A stretch of DNA of 63,754 nt, counting the filler, from Choristocarpus tenellus KU-1152 (taxonomy: Eukaryota > Protista > Phaeophyceae): the NCBI GenBank assembly GCA_964200185.2. It is 13 parts of 13 records of this genome, joined end to end, with 100 filler letters (N's around TTAATTAATTAA, not from the genome) between each part and the next. Parts side by side here need not be neighbours in the genome. Positions count along the whole stretch, not along the records: positions 49,208 to 51,801 come from CAXNAD020026447.1; positions 51,902 to 55,175 come from CAXNAD020021115.1; positions 55,276 to 60,608 come from CAXNAD020011119.1; positions 60,709 to 63,754 come from CAXNAD020022722.1; 9 more parts are not named here. One strand, 5' to 3'. The notes beneath the pieces were generated by a model, which saw only the letters and a list, made by a program, of their open reading frames with translations, was not told the DNA's origin and made no database searches. Positions 51,164-63,754 of this stretch are shown one piece after another. Numbering within the stretch: the stretch's first letter is position 1; each line of letters starts with the position of its first letter. The position numbers were made by a program, and so were the translations under genes.

Positions 51164-51375
51164 GGGTTAGGGTTAGGGTTAGGGTTGGGTTTAAGGCCAC
51201 GAAGTAAAAAAACAGCAATGGGAGGGGCGGTATAATGTTATACCACACTTACCACTGACGGTTCAAGGCACTTGACACGTACCATCAACAGTTCCTTGCA
51301 CGATCACAATAAGGTGCCGCAGAACCAAACCCTAACCCTAACCCTAACCCTAACCCTAACCCTAACCCTAACCCT
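51164..51375. repeat. (TTAGGG)3-4 ... ~140-bp core ... (CCCTAA)7: inverted telomere-like repeats
   Basis: Directly visible. Confidence 0.85.
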
Positions 51376-51700
51376 GTCTTAAACACTGGTAGTACATCTT
51401 ACAGGAGAGATCAAGCGAAATCAACACAAAACAACAGTCGACCACAACAGTAGGACCACAGCAAAAAATTAAAAAGATAAGAGTTGGACGCGCCACACAG
51501 GTGCTACAACAAATGAGAGAGAGAGAGAGAGAGAGGTCAAACGACCAGTGCGTGAACAGTCTGGTTCAAAAGAACATGATAACAATACACAAGCAAAAAA
51601 AGAAGGAAGGCAGGCAGGCGTCCACCACAGCGAATGAGCTGGCGAAATGAGTTGCGGCAACTGACACAGCGAATAATATAAATAAATAATATATGATAAT

Positions 51701-51739
<39 letters not shown>

Positions 51740-54370
51740 AACCAACCCACACACCACCCCACAATCCAAACAACAGTGGCACAAAATATCACCCAGACCC
51801 CNNNNNNNNNNNNNNNNNNNNNNNNNNNNNNNNNNNNNNNNNNNNTTAATTAATTAANNNNNNNNNNNNNNNNNNNNNNNNNNNNNNNNNNNNNNNNNNN
51901 NCCCCCCCAGATACTTTGACCCAGCGTTTATTAGCAAGTGTCCAATATCCTTGCTCCGGACATACATGTCACAGTCGAATACATTTTAGGTAACTGCGTT
52001 CACAAAAGAATACAAAAAAAAAAGTGCATAGACATGGGAAACCAAGCCCTGAACGTCATAGTAAACAGGCTATAGCTCCTACCCTCTTAAATGGCTTTGA
52101 ACTCTATCGACTCTTAATCAGTTACAGGACAATAAACGAACATAAAAGCTCACCTCTCCAATTATAGAATATACTGTCCAAAGGTTTTGCGCCGTTCCAT
52201 ATCTATTCTACTGACTCTTTAGTCATTTCAATAATAAAACGAAGTTGGTTTTGTTTTGGTTGAATCACCCGTACACTTTGACTAGACAAAAAAGAGACAG
52301 TTCACATACTGAGTCCAATTGCTGACACTACTGGCAGAGAACACTGGCAGAAGAACGCTAAAAGTCTCACTGCTCCACCTGCCTCCAATTTTTCTTCTCC
52401 GTCTACACAAATCAGAACTTCCTGGACGAGTAGATGATCCAACCATAAAAAAGTCCTCTATTCAAAACGCTGCTCTTCAATAATAGTACAACCTTTCACA
52501 CCTCAGACAAGACACTATGTTCCACGCTAGAGTTACCTCAAAACGCTGAAATAAATCCTTGTGTTCTTTCTCTGGAACGTACTTGGAAGACCTGGGAACC
52601 CCTTTCCTCAATGAAGTTTGTTGCACCAAGCGACACTCAGTATGAAGCAGTTATGAAAGTTCTCATAAAATCTGTTTTTCAGGACAGAGCTTCTAGTCCG
52701 TCGTCACCTCAAAAAAATCACAAATCATCCTGAGAACAACCTGTCCTCCATAACAGACAAGATTTCAAAAATTGCATTCCATGGTCACTGCCCAATCCCA
52801 GGTGCACAGTCTAAACATGGAGTGATCTCAGGTGAGTGAGGAGCATTCCCAAATAAACCACAACTCTTACGAAAATTTTCTTAACCTTTCTTAGCAGCAC
52901 AAGTAGAGAGATACCTACATCAACTCTATATCAATAAAAAAGTTAGGCTTTTGCCCTCCAGTCTAGGGTACAAAATGCTCTCTGTTATTAGAGTCCACAA
53001 AGAACCTACAAGCATAACTACCTTTTTTAAAATAATCTCTTTGTTTTCTCCATACTTGGGAATATATATATATATATATTAAAAAAAAAATTCTGTGAAT
53101 TAACAAAAAAACTCGAGACATCAGTCACCTATGCTTTTCCCCACAGTATCAGCTACCATCTCAACAAAATACGATCTGCAGAGCCTGGAAATGTTCAGAG
53201 GTCATTCAGAAGGGAGTGGAGGGAGTTCAGCAAAGGGAGGGGGATTAAAGGAATCACCATATTCAATAGCGAATACGTGATACAGGTAAGGTGGGAATAA
53301 GCAACAACTGTTCAACTTGTTCTATTCAAAAACATCAGAATCGAAATGCCTACTAAAACAAAAAAACACTTGGTGTCACAAATTGACAAATAAAATAGAC
53401 AAACAAGCATCAACCTAGACAGTTGTGGGTGGGTGCTCATGGACGGAAGCCATCGATGCTTGGGTACAGTCAAGATGTCATTAAAAAGATAGAACACATC
53501 AGCCTACCATACTCCATAACCTTCTCTTTGGGCGAAGGCTCGTTATCAACCACATAGCAAGGCATGCTTCCTCACATCGCCACAAGAAGAGAAAAGATTG
53601 CCTCCCACACATCAGTGCTGAGGATCTTAAGTCAAAACTTCAAAGGATACTAGTACGGCTTCAGCAAATTGTTCACAGTTGTGCCATGATAATATGATGC
53701 GTTGATTCAAGAATAATATAAATATAAGCCGGGCGTTCTTCTGGTGGTGCATTCAAACAATCACACCGAAACATCCTTAAAGCTTCACAGTCCTGTCCAA
53801 GCCAGGAAGAGAGGACAAAGATCATCACAGTAAGGAAAGCACATGCACTCCTTTTATCACGTCCCAAGCCCCCCCTCCCCCCACCCTCAACACACTGTGT
53901 TACACACTAACACAATCATATTCTGCACGGACTATCAAGAATCTTGACATCCATCCCGGGAAGGGGGTTTGGGAGGGGAAAGTCGAAAAAGATAGTCAAA
54001 AGGTACACCCTTTATCATCACAGGAGCAATACTCTTAACAACATAATGAGGAGAATCTCCAATTTTATTTTATGCCCTCTCACCAGTCTTGCGAATACTG
54101 TTCCAGAAATGTTCTACCTCCTCTCAACACCAATCCATCTACATGAATGCAATAGCCTTCCGTTCTCACGAGAAAACAAGCCATTACTTTTATGGAGACC
54201 GAGCAATCAAATCACAGACACCTCTCACCAAACAAAATAAAACATTCCAGAAGACTACGTGCTCACAGCCTCCCCCATGGGATCAATTCAACATAGCAAC
54301 TGGCATGGGATGGGGCCAACAGAAGACCTCACCTTACAAGCAACTATGCCATAACCTGCCTACTCCCATT

Positions 54371-54514
54371 CTAGTCCTGTCGGCTCTTGAGTGTCTTAGA
54401 CATGACTCCTTCAGGAGTGATGATATGCACAACCCCACCCCACCCACTAAATGAGTCTCGATCCACTGCTGCCATCAAGCACTGTGCCATTGTCTCAAAC
54501 AGCTCATCCTTACC
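54371..54514 (-). CDS. PSMB3: Proteasome subunit beta type-3, last exon
   Basis: CAG acceptor then GKDELFETMAQCLMAAVDRDSFSGWGGVVHIITPEGVMSKTLKSRQD*, matching the PSMB3/Pup3 C-terminus (LFET.SQ.L..AVDRD..SGWG..V.II...LK.RMD). Absent from the ORF track. Confidence 0.92.
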   Translation of the reverse strand, partial: GKDELFETMAQCLMAAVDRDSFSGWGGVVHIITPEGVMSKTLKSRQD

Positions 54515-55131
54515 CTGGATACAAAGGGAAGCATTAGATCATACCAACACAAAACCCATCAACAACAGCAGGGCCAAGACAGGCAGGGACATCGAACAAG
54601 GGGAAAGACCTTAAGAGATGCCAGGAGGTAAAAAGAGGCAGCATATGGGGGGTCAAATGTGGAATATATATATATATATATACATGTATGTTCATGTTCA
54701 GACTTATTTTTCGATGACCTTATCTAATATATTTCATACTCATTGAGAGACCCTTTGCAGAGGCACAGTTCAATATCAGAGGATCAGTAAGAGGTGATTC
54801 TGCATCTGATTGCACTACTTCACCTTGGCGAAATTCTTCACATTAGACACAAGTAAGAACAAGAACATTTTTTCACATTAGACACAAGTGAGAACAAGAA
54901 CAATGTATCACATCAAGATCGGACAAGGGTGTAGTATGCAACAACATACCACCAAGCAACAAAATACTGACAGTGTACCTCAAACAATTATTACAGAAAT
55001 TACACACACACACACACGTATCACAGTATCACACCTTCCCAAAACTACGTAAAATAAAATAGTTTAGTATTCACATATACCACAGGAATCATATTATCAC
55101 ATCCACTTCACTCCATAAAACCTCCCATATT

Positions 55132-55175
<44 letters not shown>

Positions 55176-55344
55176 NNNNNNNNNNNNNNNNNNNNNNNNN
55201 NNNNNNNNNNNNNNNNNNNTTAATTAATTAANNNNNNNNNNNNNNNNNNNNNNNNNNNNNNNNNNNNNNNNNNNNGTTGATGGGGGTTCTTAGGGCTGGT
55301 CTCTCGATTGCCGGCGTTCGTTCTTGACCCTGGCTCAAAGAATC

Positions 55345-55505
55345 GGGGGGGGGGGGGGTGGCGGCTGTCCATTTGGAGCCAATTTTCTCATGTCGCAATT
55401 TTTGGGTGATTTGGTTCCATACATTGGATAGACAATGAAAGTGCACTTTTCCTGGTTTTGGTTCAAACGGACACTCTGGTGTAGACCCCCCCCCCCCCCC
55501 CCCGC
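55345..55505 (-). mobile_element. MITE-like repeat family B copy
   Basis: Aligns with 29667-29826; flanked by poly-G and poly-C. Confidence 0.7.
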
Positions 55506-56479
55506 CAAAATGGGGGTGTACACAGTTTTTTTTTTTTTTCTCACTTCCCTCCCCCTTCAGTTTCTTTCCCATGATCACAGGTTTGAGGTTATCGCCAAAC
55601 TCGAATGCAAAGTAAGCAATGGTACAAATTGAGTAAGTGCCCGCAGGTCTTGTTCGGGACAACGGATACTACGGCATATGGTGTATTTGCACAATGTTGG
55701 GAAAGGCTTTGGAACTCGAACGGTTCTAAGACAATCCCCCTCCTAGATGCTTTCGCCCGTGTAGGGTAACACAATCATGGAGCAGTCAGTTGTACAGGGT
55801 GTGGTGTAGTTAGCGCAAAATTGCATTGCACTAGCGTGCTCCAGAGTGCTCTGGAGCTTCCACAAGTACCAACATGTACATATACGCAAATTCATCTGTT
55901 GCCAACGAAGTACGCTCATGAGGGGTTCACGCACGCAATACATACTACTCTCCTCCTTTAAGAGGATAGCTCTTGTGCGAGTTGCTGTTTTGTATTCAAT
56001 CACATTATCCAATGCTTTCAAAGGTACACCCTGTAAATCTCCCAAGACAAAAAAAAAACAGCCTGGACTGGACATCCTATCTTGCCTACAGACAAGAAGC
56101 GCAACATATCAGATAGTGGTGGGAGTCAGTAGGAGTGTGCAACTCCCCTTTCACAACAAAGATATTAAAATAAGAACACCACAAATGTTGAGTAAGGGAT
56201 AGGGATAGGGATAGGGATAGGGCAAATCTATTCATTCCTTCAGGCAATCTGACTGATCAACTACACAAGCAACAGGTGATCCTTTATAATACTACTTTAA
56301 TATTAACATTGAAAAAGTCAGTGTTATTAATGTATACTACACCATTAGTCTTTTTCTTTTCTCGATGCGATGCGGAGAAGAGGAATGAAAGCCTTCCAGC
56401 ATACACATGCCTTACATACTGTTTCAGGGTATCTATTGCAGTACAAATCTCGAAACAAAAAGGCTCCTTCTCGACTACC

Positions 56480-58050
56480 TGAGAGAGCGATTCATCTCGG
56501 GCAATCTCCGCGGCCGCTGCTTGAACCAGAACAGGAACTGCTGCCGGCTTGTCACTCTCACCAAAGGAATCATTCTCCAGCTTACTTTCAAGGTTTTCCC
56601 ACTCCTGTAGTCAAAATCAAAGGAATTGAACGTGTGCGTCTTTTGTTGTTGGTTCAAAAGAGGTGCAGATTGAAACACAAACATGAAAATAATAATAATA
56701 ATAATATCATTATTCCCAACAAAAAATGAAAATCACAGCCCAAATGACAAAATTTTCCTGGCAGGCACAAATATTGTTCTGCACTGTTCACATCTTGGCA
56801 TGTTTCAAGTGCATCATAGGAGCCTTTGGAAGGGCATCAATTATTGAATACCAACATGGCACAGCGTAGTGTTGAACTCTTGGGACGTGCATAACACTGA
56901 AACTACTAAAAACAAGCCGAAGTCTACCTCTAAAAAATGCAGCATTCCAGGGGAAACTTGTAAATTTTGAGCGTTGCTTTGTCTTGATGTTGAGAAGGAA
57001 ACTATGATACGTTTGTTCAAAATCTCCAAAAAAAAATTGCTGCAAAAAAAAATGATCTTTTCTGAATGTCAAGATTGAGCAACCCATGAAGGTTGGCCCT
57101 CAGCCTTGAACACCTCTTGTGGGAATTTCGATTTTGTAGTGATGTACAGTACAAAGCTTACTTCCATTCAGATCAAAGAAAAAGTGAAGCAAGAATCATG
57201 ATCCTTGTAATGAGATGCAGGGATATAGTCATGTCAAGACAGAGATATATGAGCTTCGGAACTTGTATCTGAAGGTGGACTGGACTCTCTCCCTTCGACT
57301 GTGTTCTTCACCATTGACCACAGTTTTCGTATGAAGTCGAAGTTCAACTATACTTGTCGTCCGTCCCCCTGGTGCATTTTCCAGTCCACTATGACTTACC
57401 AAACATATTTCTCAACACACTTATCTCTGACTGAACAGGTCATGGCAACTGCAGTTGGTGTCCTGCCCAGTTCATAGTTCTACAGTTGAAAAACATATTA
57501 AATATATCTGACCCTTTACAGGTGTAGAAATCACTTACTAGCCACACAACTCAATTCGTTCTTCCAGCTGAAATGTTCTATCCATGTCACTTGTACTGAA
57601 TTACTACCTGCTCCGCCTCTGCTTGCGCGGCCTGCATGGACGCCTCGACCCCGGCTGAGTCCATTCCTGCCACTGAAGAAGGGGAGATATTTCCATCCTC
57701 AGGCTGCATCTTCATCTGAAAGATCATGAGGAGGCGGGGAGAAGTGAAATTGATGGTCCACGCAAAACAGAACAGGTGGAACGAATATTGGGCTCGTGGA
57801 TGTCACTGAGGAAAGGACAGCGGGGTCGTCAAAAGGGCAAAGTGGTATGTCGAACGTCGATGATAGCTGCACCGACAGAAAAAAAAGAGGACACCACCTT
57901 AACCAACCACATGCTCTCGTGTTCGGCGACGGATGTGGAATGTCGTCCCCAACCATCGAACAGGTTCCAAGAAGTTGCAAGCGCTGTCACCTTTTTCCCA
58001 CGAACACAGCTCCTATTGGATTCGGCATCGACCACATCACTGTTCGCCAT
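56480..58050 (-). CDS. Hypothetical multi-exon gene divergent from the nucleotidase (exons ~58050-57898, ~57716-57609, ~56605-56480)
   Basis: Phase-0 compatible open exons MANSDVVDAE...WLVK|MKMQPEDG...AEAEQ|EWENLESKLEND...; no family recognised. Confidence 0.35.
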
Positions 58051-58513
58051 TTCTCTCGCTTTCCTTTCTAGATGATACCAATGTAGGATTCTCCCTTCGT
58101 GCTCTGGAGAACAACTGGTACACAGGGCTACGTCTTGAGCTATCCCACACAGTACGCAACAGACTTCAGCTAGCTTGCGCCGTTCGACTCAAATATGTTA
58201 AAACTGGTTTTCCTCATACGGTCTTGCCACCAGAAATTCGTCGAGGGTGTATGGGTTTCGAGCCTCGTATCCTTCCCTTAACGCAAACTCGTCGGGAACT
58301 AACGGGTGAGGTGAAAGGGCGCCATATTGGATAGAAGGTAAGTGTATCCTGTTTTTCAAATTATTGTACCATACGTTTAGAGGTCTATTCAATACGTATC
58401 ATTGCTTTCTGTTGGTAGGTTCGAACACAGATCCCATCCTTTGTCATTCATCAGGTCAGTGAATAGGCTGGTGTCTGCATGTACGGAGGCACTATTGATA
58501 GTTGCTTTTAATC

Positions 58514-60552
58514 ATGGCGAATAATCTACGACAGTTTTGTGGAGTCTTGGTAGGGGGGACGCGACGAGCAACCAACCATCCTTCTTTGGGAATGGTTTGC
58601 GCCTGCCTTGTGTCGGTAGCATGTGCTGATGGTGCTGTCAGTAATGATTCAATGCAGGATAAGGGGAAGGGCGATAACATTGTGAAGAGAGGAGCCGTGA
58701 AGGTAGAGGGAGGAGAGGGAGATGCTCCAGTCCCCTTCTCGGTCAAGTGGGGAGAGGAGAACCGAGGTCGTTGTAGTCACGTGATCTTCAGAGATCCCAT
58801 TGCCTTAGCAAGTAAGAGGCAAAGGATCGTCAACGAGGGAGTAGACAACTTGCAAGTCATTGCAGGTAAGTTAGATATATTTTTCCGGTGCTTTTTCCTT
58901 GAGTTGCTGCTGGTACCCGTTCTCAACAACAACAGACATGAAGAACAGCTATCTATGTTGAGATCTTGGGGTCTAGGGGGCAGATCGATGGATTGCTAAA
59001 AAAACTTTTAAAATTCCATCGAGGAGGTTCTACAGTGGTCTAAGAGTTTCTCAAGGTAGTTCACATCTAGTACTTCTGCTGTTACACCTCGCTAAATGTA
59101 TACGGTACGTGTGCGTGCTGGTCGTCGTCAAGGGCATGTCCTAGAGTTGTCCATGTTGTCGTGCTCATGCTACATTGCCGTGGTAATAAACACACGCACA
59201 CGCGCGCACACACGCACCCTACGCACGCTTATATCTGTGCCCTTCTCCTTGGAAGTTCAGCAAACGTTGTTCTGGAAGAATAACTTGGAGTATGTGCTGC
59301 GACGATGTTGCCCTTTGCAGCACTCTTTGCATTGTATTGACCATTCCTAATCATTCAGATATGACTACAGCGAGAGTCGCGTGGAATGTGGGAAGGAAAA
59401 AAAGACACTTATTGCATCTAAAGCAAGTGCTGCTGGTAGTTCCTTGCACCATCCTTTGCCCTCTCGAAACACACCGTTGACCAAGGGGCTGCTGAGGAGA
59501 TCCTCGCACAATTTGGACACTCTGGTTGACGGCCTATCAACTCCGAGTTGAGTTCGTTGTGAATCTCATTATTTCTCACCAACATCCGAACCCTAAGTAT
59601 ATTGGATTGTTCTGAAGTACTAGGATATGACATGGTCCTCACCCCTGCTACATATTTCATCTTTCAATTTCATTGGTTGATCTCTGTCCTTCGCCCAAGT
59701 ACCGCTTGCCCCCTAGAATGCCTGCAGCATGACATGGTGTACTTGCACACATATTTTATGTTTCACATTTACCATTGCTACCACACACAGAAGCATCCAT
59801 TTGCAATATTCATGTCGAGGTCTGAAGATATGTGCAGATAACAGCATGTTTCACAGTCTGTTCTGTTGTTGCTCGACTCAAACAATATAAAGAAGTGTTT
59901 TTTTCCCAACAGGAAGAAACAATGTGTGAGGTGATGATATGGATCCCTTTTAAAATATACTGAAAAGCGTCTTCGATAAACGATCTCGAACTTGTCAGCC
60001 GCAACAACGTCCGTGTTGTGGTCCATTAATCCCTCCCATCAATTTGAACGTCCAGACAAAACTTGGGGAGGCGTAGTTTATCAATCACACCACCCAGCAG
60101 GCGTTTTGTCTAATAATATGCATACCCATTGGTAGTGCCTGCTTATCGGGTGCAACAGATGCCTTGTCCGGTAAAACGGTAGCGTTTCAGACAGCCCTGT
60201 CAGCGCGTCGTCTGTGGAGTGCATCAACTCGCCCAACCCCTCTTGTTGGCTAAATGCATGCGTTCTAAAATGGTGGTGACCACTGTCATCACACCCTCCC
60301 TTAGGTGTCATTATTTTGAAAAATCTACTCAAGAATGACTCCTTTTTCTTGCACAACTCACACGCCTGCCTCCCTTGCTTATGTACCCACTCCCCGTGGT
60401 TGCACTCAGATTTTGACTACACCATGACCAAGTTCTGGGTCAATGGTCGAAGGGGAGCATCATGCCATGGTGTGATAGAGGAGTGTGGATTGCTCAGTCC
60501 GGAGTACCATGTACAAGCCACCGCTCTCAAAAATCACTATTATCCATTAGAG
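58514..60552 (+). CDS. NT5C3: Cytosolic 5'-nucleotidase III / pyrimidine 5'-nucleotidase (HAD), 5' partial (exons 58514-58865, 60410-60552)
   Basis: HVIFRDP...KRQRIVNEGVDNLQVIA-D-FDYTMTKF...SCHGVIE...LKNHYYPLE; the phase-1 junction G|AT rebuilds HAD motif I (DFDYT). Confidence 0.9.
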
Positions 60553-61992
60553 GTACAAATGCTCCCCCCTCCCCCCCCCCCTCCCCCTCCCTCCACAACC
60601 CCTTTCCCNNNNNNNNNNNNNNNNNNNNNNNNNNNNNNNNNNNNNNNNNNNNTTAATTAATTAANNNNNNNNNNNNNNNNNNNNNNNNNNNNNNNNNNNN
60701 NNNNNNNNGGGGGTTGCCATGCCGACGTTCTGACCCTGGACGTGCCCAGTTCTGGCCTCAAAATCACCCCAAAGACCCCTACTTTGACGGTTTGAAACAC
60801 CTCGAGTTTGTACCTGATAATCTTCGACCCAGCATTTTTAGAAAGCTGAGATTATCAACCTGATTTCATTCTGTGAGGTTATCGTCCAATTCGGTCCCGT
60901 TCTCGCTCGGAGAGGCCAGATGTTTCGCGGCACAGACTTAGGGTACAGAGGAAATATGTACAATAATAAGAGACTAATAATAATAGCACGTCTTACAGAT
61001 TTGTTCTGGACAACGGACATGTTAGATGCCAAACTATCTCAAGTGTTTTCTGAACAACAGATATTGAGCAAATTGCACCAACCGTTTCCCTAAAGACCGG
61101 CGTCAGGCACAAGCCTAGTGGAAGGAAGATAAAACGTTGCAGGAAAAAATGGACTCTGGTACATTATGGACAATGGACAGTATGAAGCAAGAAACTGTTC
61201 CCTGGACATTACACTACTAGTTTAAATGGAGATTATAGGTAGAACAAGGCGGGACTAACGATTTCATCCTGGATAACGGACAAGACAGACAGGTCAAAGA
61301 TGCTTGATATTCTAGGGTAGCACAAGCGTTGCGAACTATTCTGTCCTGGGTATGATCTCGTTCCTCTATAAACAGAGAACAATTAACAATAAACAATATA
61401 CAAAGGGTGCATAGATAGGCACTATCCCGCGAAGAAGAGGGCATGCTCCTCCTGCGTTTCTAACAAATGCATTTTAAGGAACCAGCAGTACGTACAGATG
61501 GAATGATATACATGATAGCACAAGAAATCATCACCTGTGTTCCCTCCACATCAACAAAAATTACAACTGTACTGATGAAAATAATTTTAAAGGTCGCATC
61601 TTTAATACTAACCCTATCCAAGTGCAGAGTGTACCTGAGTCAGACCGATAAAAATGGAGCCCTGGGCTCTACGAGTTTATCCTTCCCTCTTGTTCATTTG
61701 AAGTAATGTGCATGGTGGAAAGAAGGTAAGAAGTATGTTAAGGTTTGGTGAGCGATAGGCACCATTTGGAGCAGCAGCAGCAGGAGCAGCAGGAGTAGGA
61801 AAGGTAGTAGTAGTAGTATGAGCCAAAGTGTCCTAGAGAGGGGTTGGATTCTGACCATTTTAAAGTGAAAGGGTTTTCGTCCAAGGTGCAGGGCGATCCC
61901 TTCCTTTCTCTTGAGATATCTCTATTTCTATCTGGCGACTACCCCTGTACAAGTCTTGCTTGTCACACCGAGGGTGAAGCAAAACCGTTACC

Positions 61993-63667
61993 TATTGGCA
62001 GCACCTAGCTCCTTCTCGTTCCCAAAACCTGGTAGATACTCGTGCAGCAGTGTTCTGGAAGGACACTACACTGGCCGATTTCGGTCGGGTGATGCAACAC
62101 ATTCCGCAGGGGGTTGTATGTGTGTTCACAGGGTTACTCATCATCTTTCCCCCCAACCCATCCATGTTGTTCATCCGAGATTATCAAGGAGGCTTCTAAA
62201 TAGAAGGGATGGAGCATAAGAGCAACAAAATAAGCAGGTCGTACTAGTGTGTGATTGATGGAACAAAGAGCTTCATGAATGAGCGGCATGTCAGAGAATC
62301 TGTCATACCTAAGCCAGTATGACAGCATGTGGGTAGGGAGGGACATTACTCTCTTGACACACCATTAGCTTGGAGAGCAATGGCAATGTGTCAAAAAAAA
62401 AACACTCATTTAAGAAACACCTGACAAAAAAAGGACTTTCTTGTCAAATTGTGTGTTGCAATCAAGCAACAAACAAACCTCAAACAGTTTGTCTTCAGTT
62501 CTGCCTCGTAAGTTACCAATCCACCGGTAAAAAAGCTTAGTGGTAGTAGTAGTAGAAGTAGCGGAAGTAATAGCAGAAGAACAGAAGCTACACTATATAT
62601 AGATGTTAATAGATATTTTGACTGCCTCCTCCCCTTACAGCTAAGTTTAAAACACATAAAAATAAGTAATATGCATAATACTATACTCAAAACATAAAAT
62701 AAAAATAGGAACATGAATACGCCTACTCGTATAATGCTATGATACCTGCACAAGAACAGAAAAAGAAGAAAAAAAAAGATTAACACCATCACTCACAAAT
62801 AACAAACATATCGAGTAAATCCATAAAATATCCAAACCACCATGCACCATTCCCCTCACGCATTATCTCCCTCACAAAACACCCTGACCCCCTCCCTTTA
62901 CTATTGCAAGACACACTGGCCACTTTCATATCGCAGCACCCACTGTTGGCCAGTTGTTAAATGCCCCATCTGCCTGCCAGTCCACCATTCACCCACTCAC
63001 CCACTCACCCCTCCATCATCATGGTATCCCCTTCGGGTCCTCTTACATCACTACAATGCACGCACACAAAAAATAAAACAATCGTGCGTACAGTGTGCTC
63101 GCCAAAACCTCCCCAACCATCATCACTCATCAATCATCTGCTTCATTCCCTCCCTTCGTGATAACCAACGAGAGCCAAACTTACTTAGATGGCAGACATT
63201 CTTAAGTCACTGCAACAACAAAGGATGATTGATCGACCACCTGTGATGCACTGCTGCCCTGCTCAGCCTACTCACAGCAAAGGGCTTGACGGCCCTTCCC
63301 CTCTAAAGCCTTTTTTCATCAACAGCTTACGATTCCCCTCTTATGAAGCCAAACTACAATCGGTTTTCTTCTCCACCCTAACCCTTCCACACACCGACAC
63401 GCCATCCACAACAAACCCTTGTTCCAAGCCTCCTTGTCCCAGATTTACATTGATATGCCAACAAAATCGTTGCTCATCACTCACTCTCTCAAACTCTCAA
63501 TTCACCTCTCCTCTCTCATAGTAGTGGACATCCACCCACAGGATAACTTAATGCTTGCAATGTCCTCATCCACTTGCACCCCACCTGTATTCCTCTCATC
63601 TCCTGGGCTACTGTCACTACTATGACGGAGTACAACACTCTTGCTAAAGCAGTGGATGCCCTCTCTG
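61993..63667 (-). CDS. Possible internal exons of an unknown gene (63667-63506, 62056-61993)
   Basis: Phase-2 compatible open exons EGIHCFSKSVVLRH...MREER|TLLHEYLPGFGNEKELGAANR; no homology recognised. Confidence 0.3.
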
Positions 63668-63754
63668 TGTACAGATGTAAGCACCACTTGTAGGGGGGGG
63701 GGGGGGGGGGGGGGCTCACTCGAGAGAAGAAAAAGGGTGCGGGGTCAAAAAAAA

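Overview
Eukaryotic, intron-rich nuclear DNA. It is most likely a stramenopile, probably a brown alga or close relative; this is inferred from a Sig1/Ocm-type EGF module, high intron density and interstitial TTAGGG repeats. The window is 13 contigs joined by artificial 100-nt spacers (N44-TTAATTAATTAA-N44), so adjacency across gaps cannot be trusted and most genes are truncated. Manual splicing recovers one complete 12-exon myo-inositol-1-phosphate synthase (INO1). It also recovers partial genes for BRCA2 (OB2/OB3 plus a long unexplained C-terminal extension), a YWTD-propeller/Sig1-type EGF protein, an ABCB half-transporter, TRM10, a J-domain protein, 5'-nucleotidase III, proteasome beta-3, a PWWP protein, a spliced ParB/Srx-domain gene in repeat-rich DNA, and several unknown genes. 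Mobile DNA comprises a decayed Ty1/copia element and two related MITE-like families. The most interesting observations are the probable fourth (RPA70C-like) OB fold on BRCA2, the spliced ParB-like gene, a roughly 20% GC foreign-looking ORF, a 20-bp-periodic palindrome array, and unusual splicing (20/20 phase-0 introns in two genes, frequent GC donors and AAG acceptors, and junctions that regenerate the donor). All family assignments come from motif recognition by eye; no searches were run.
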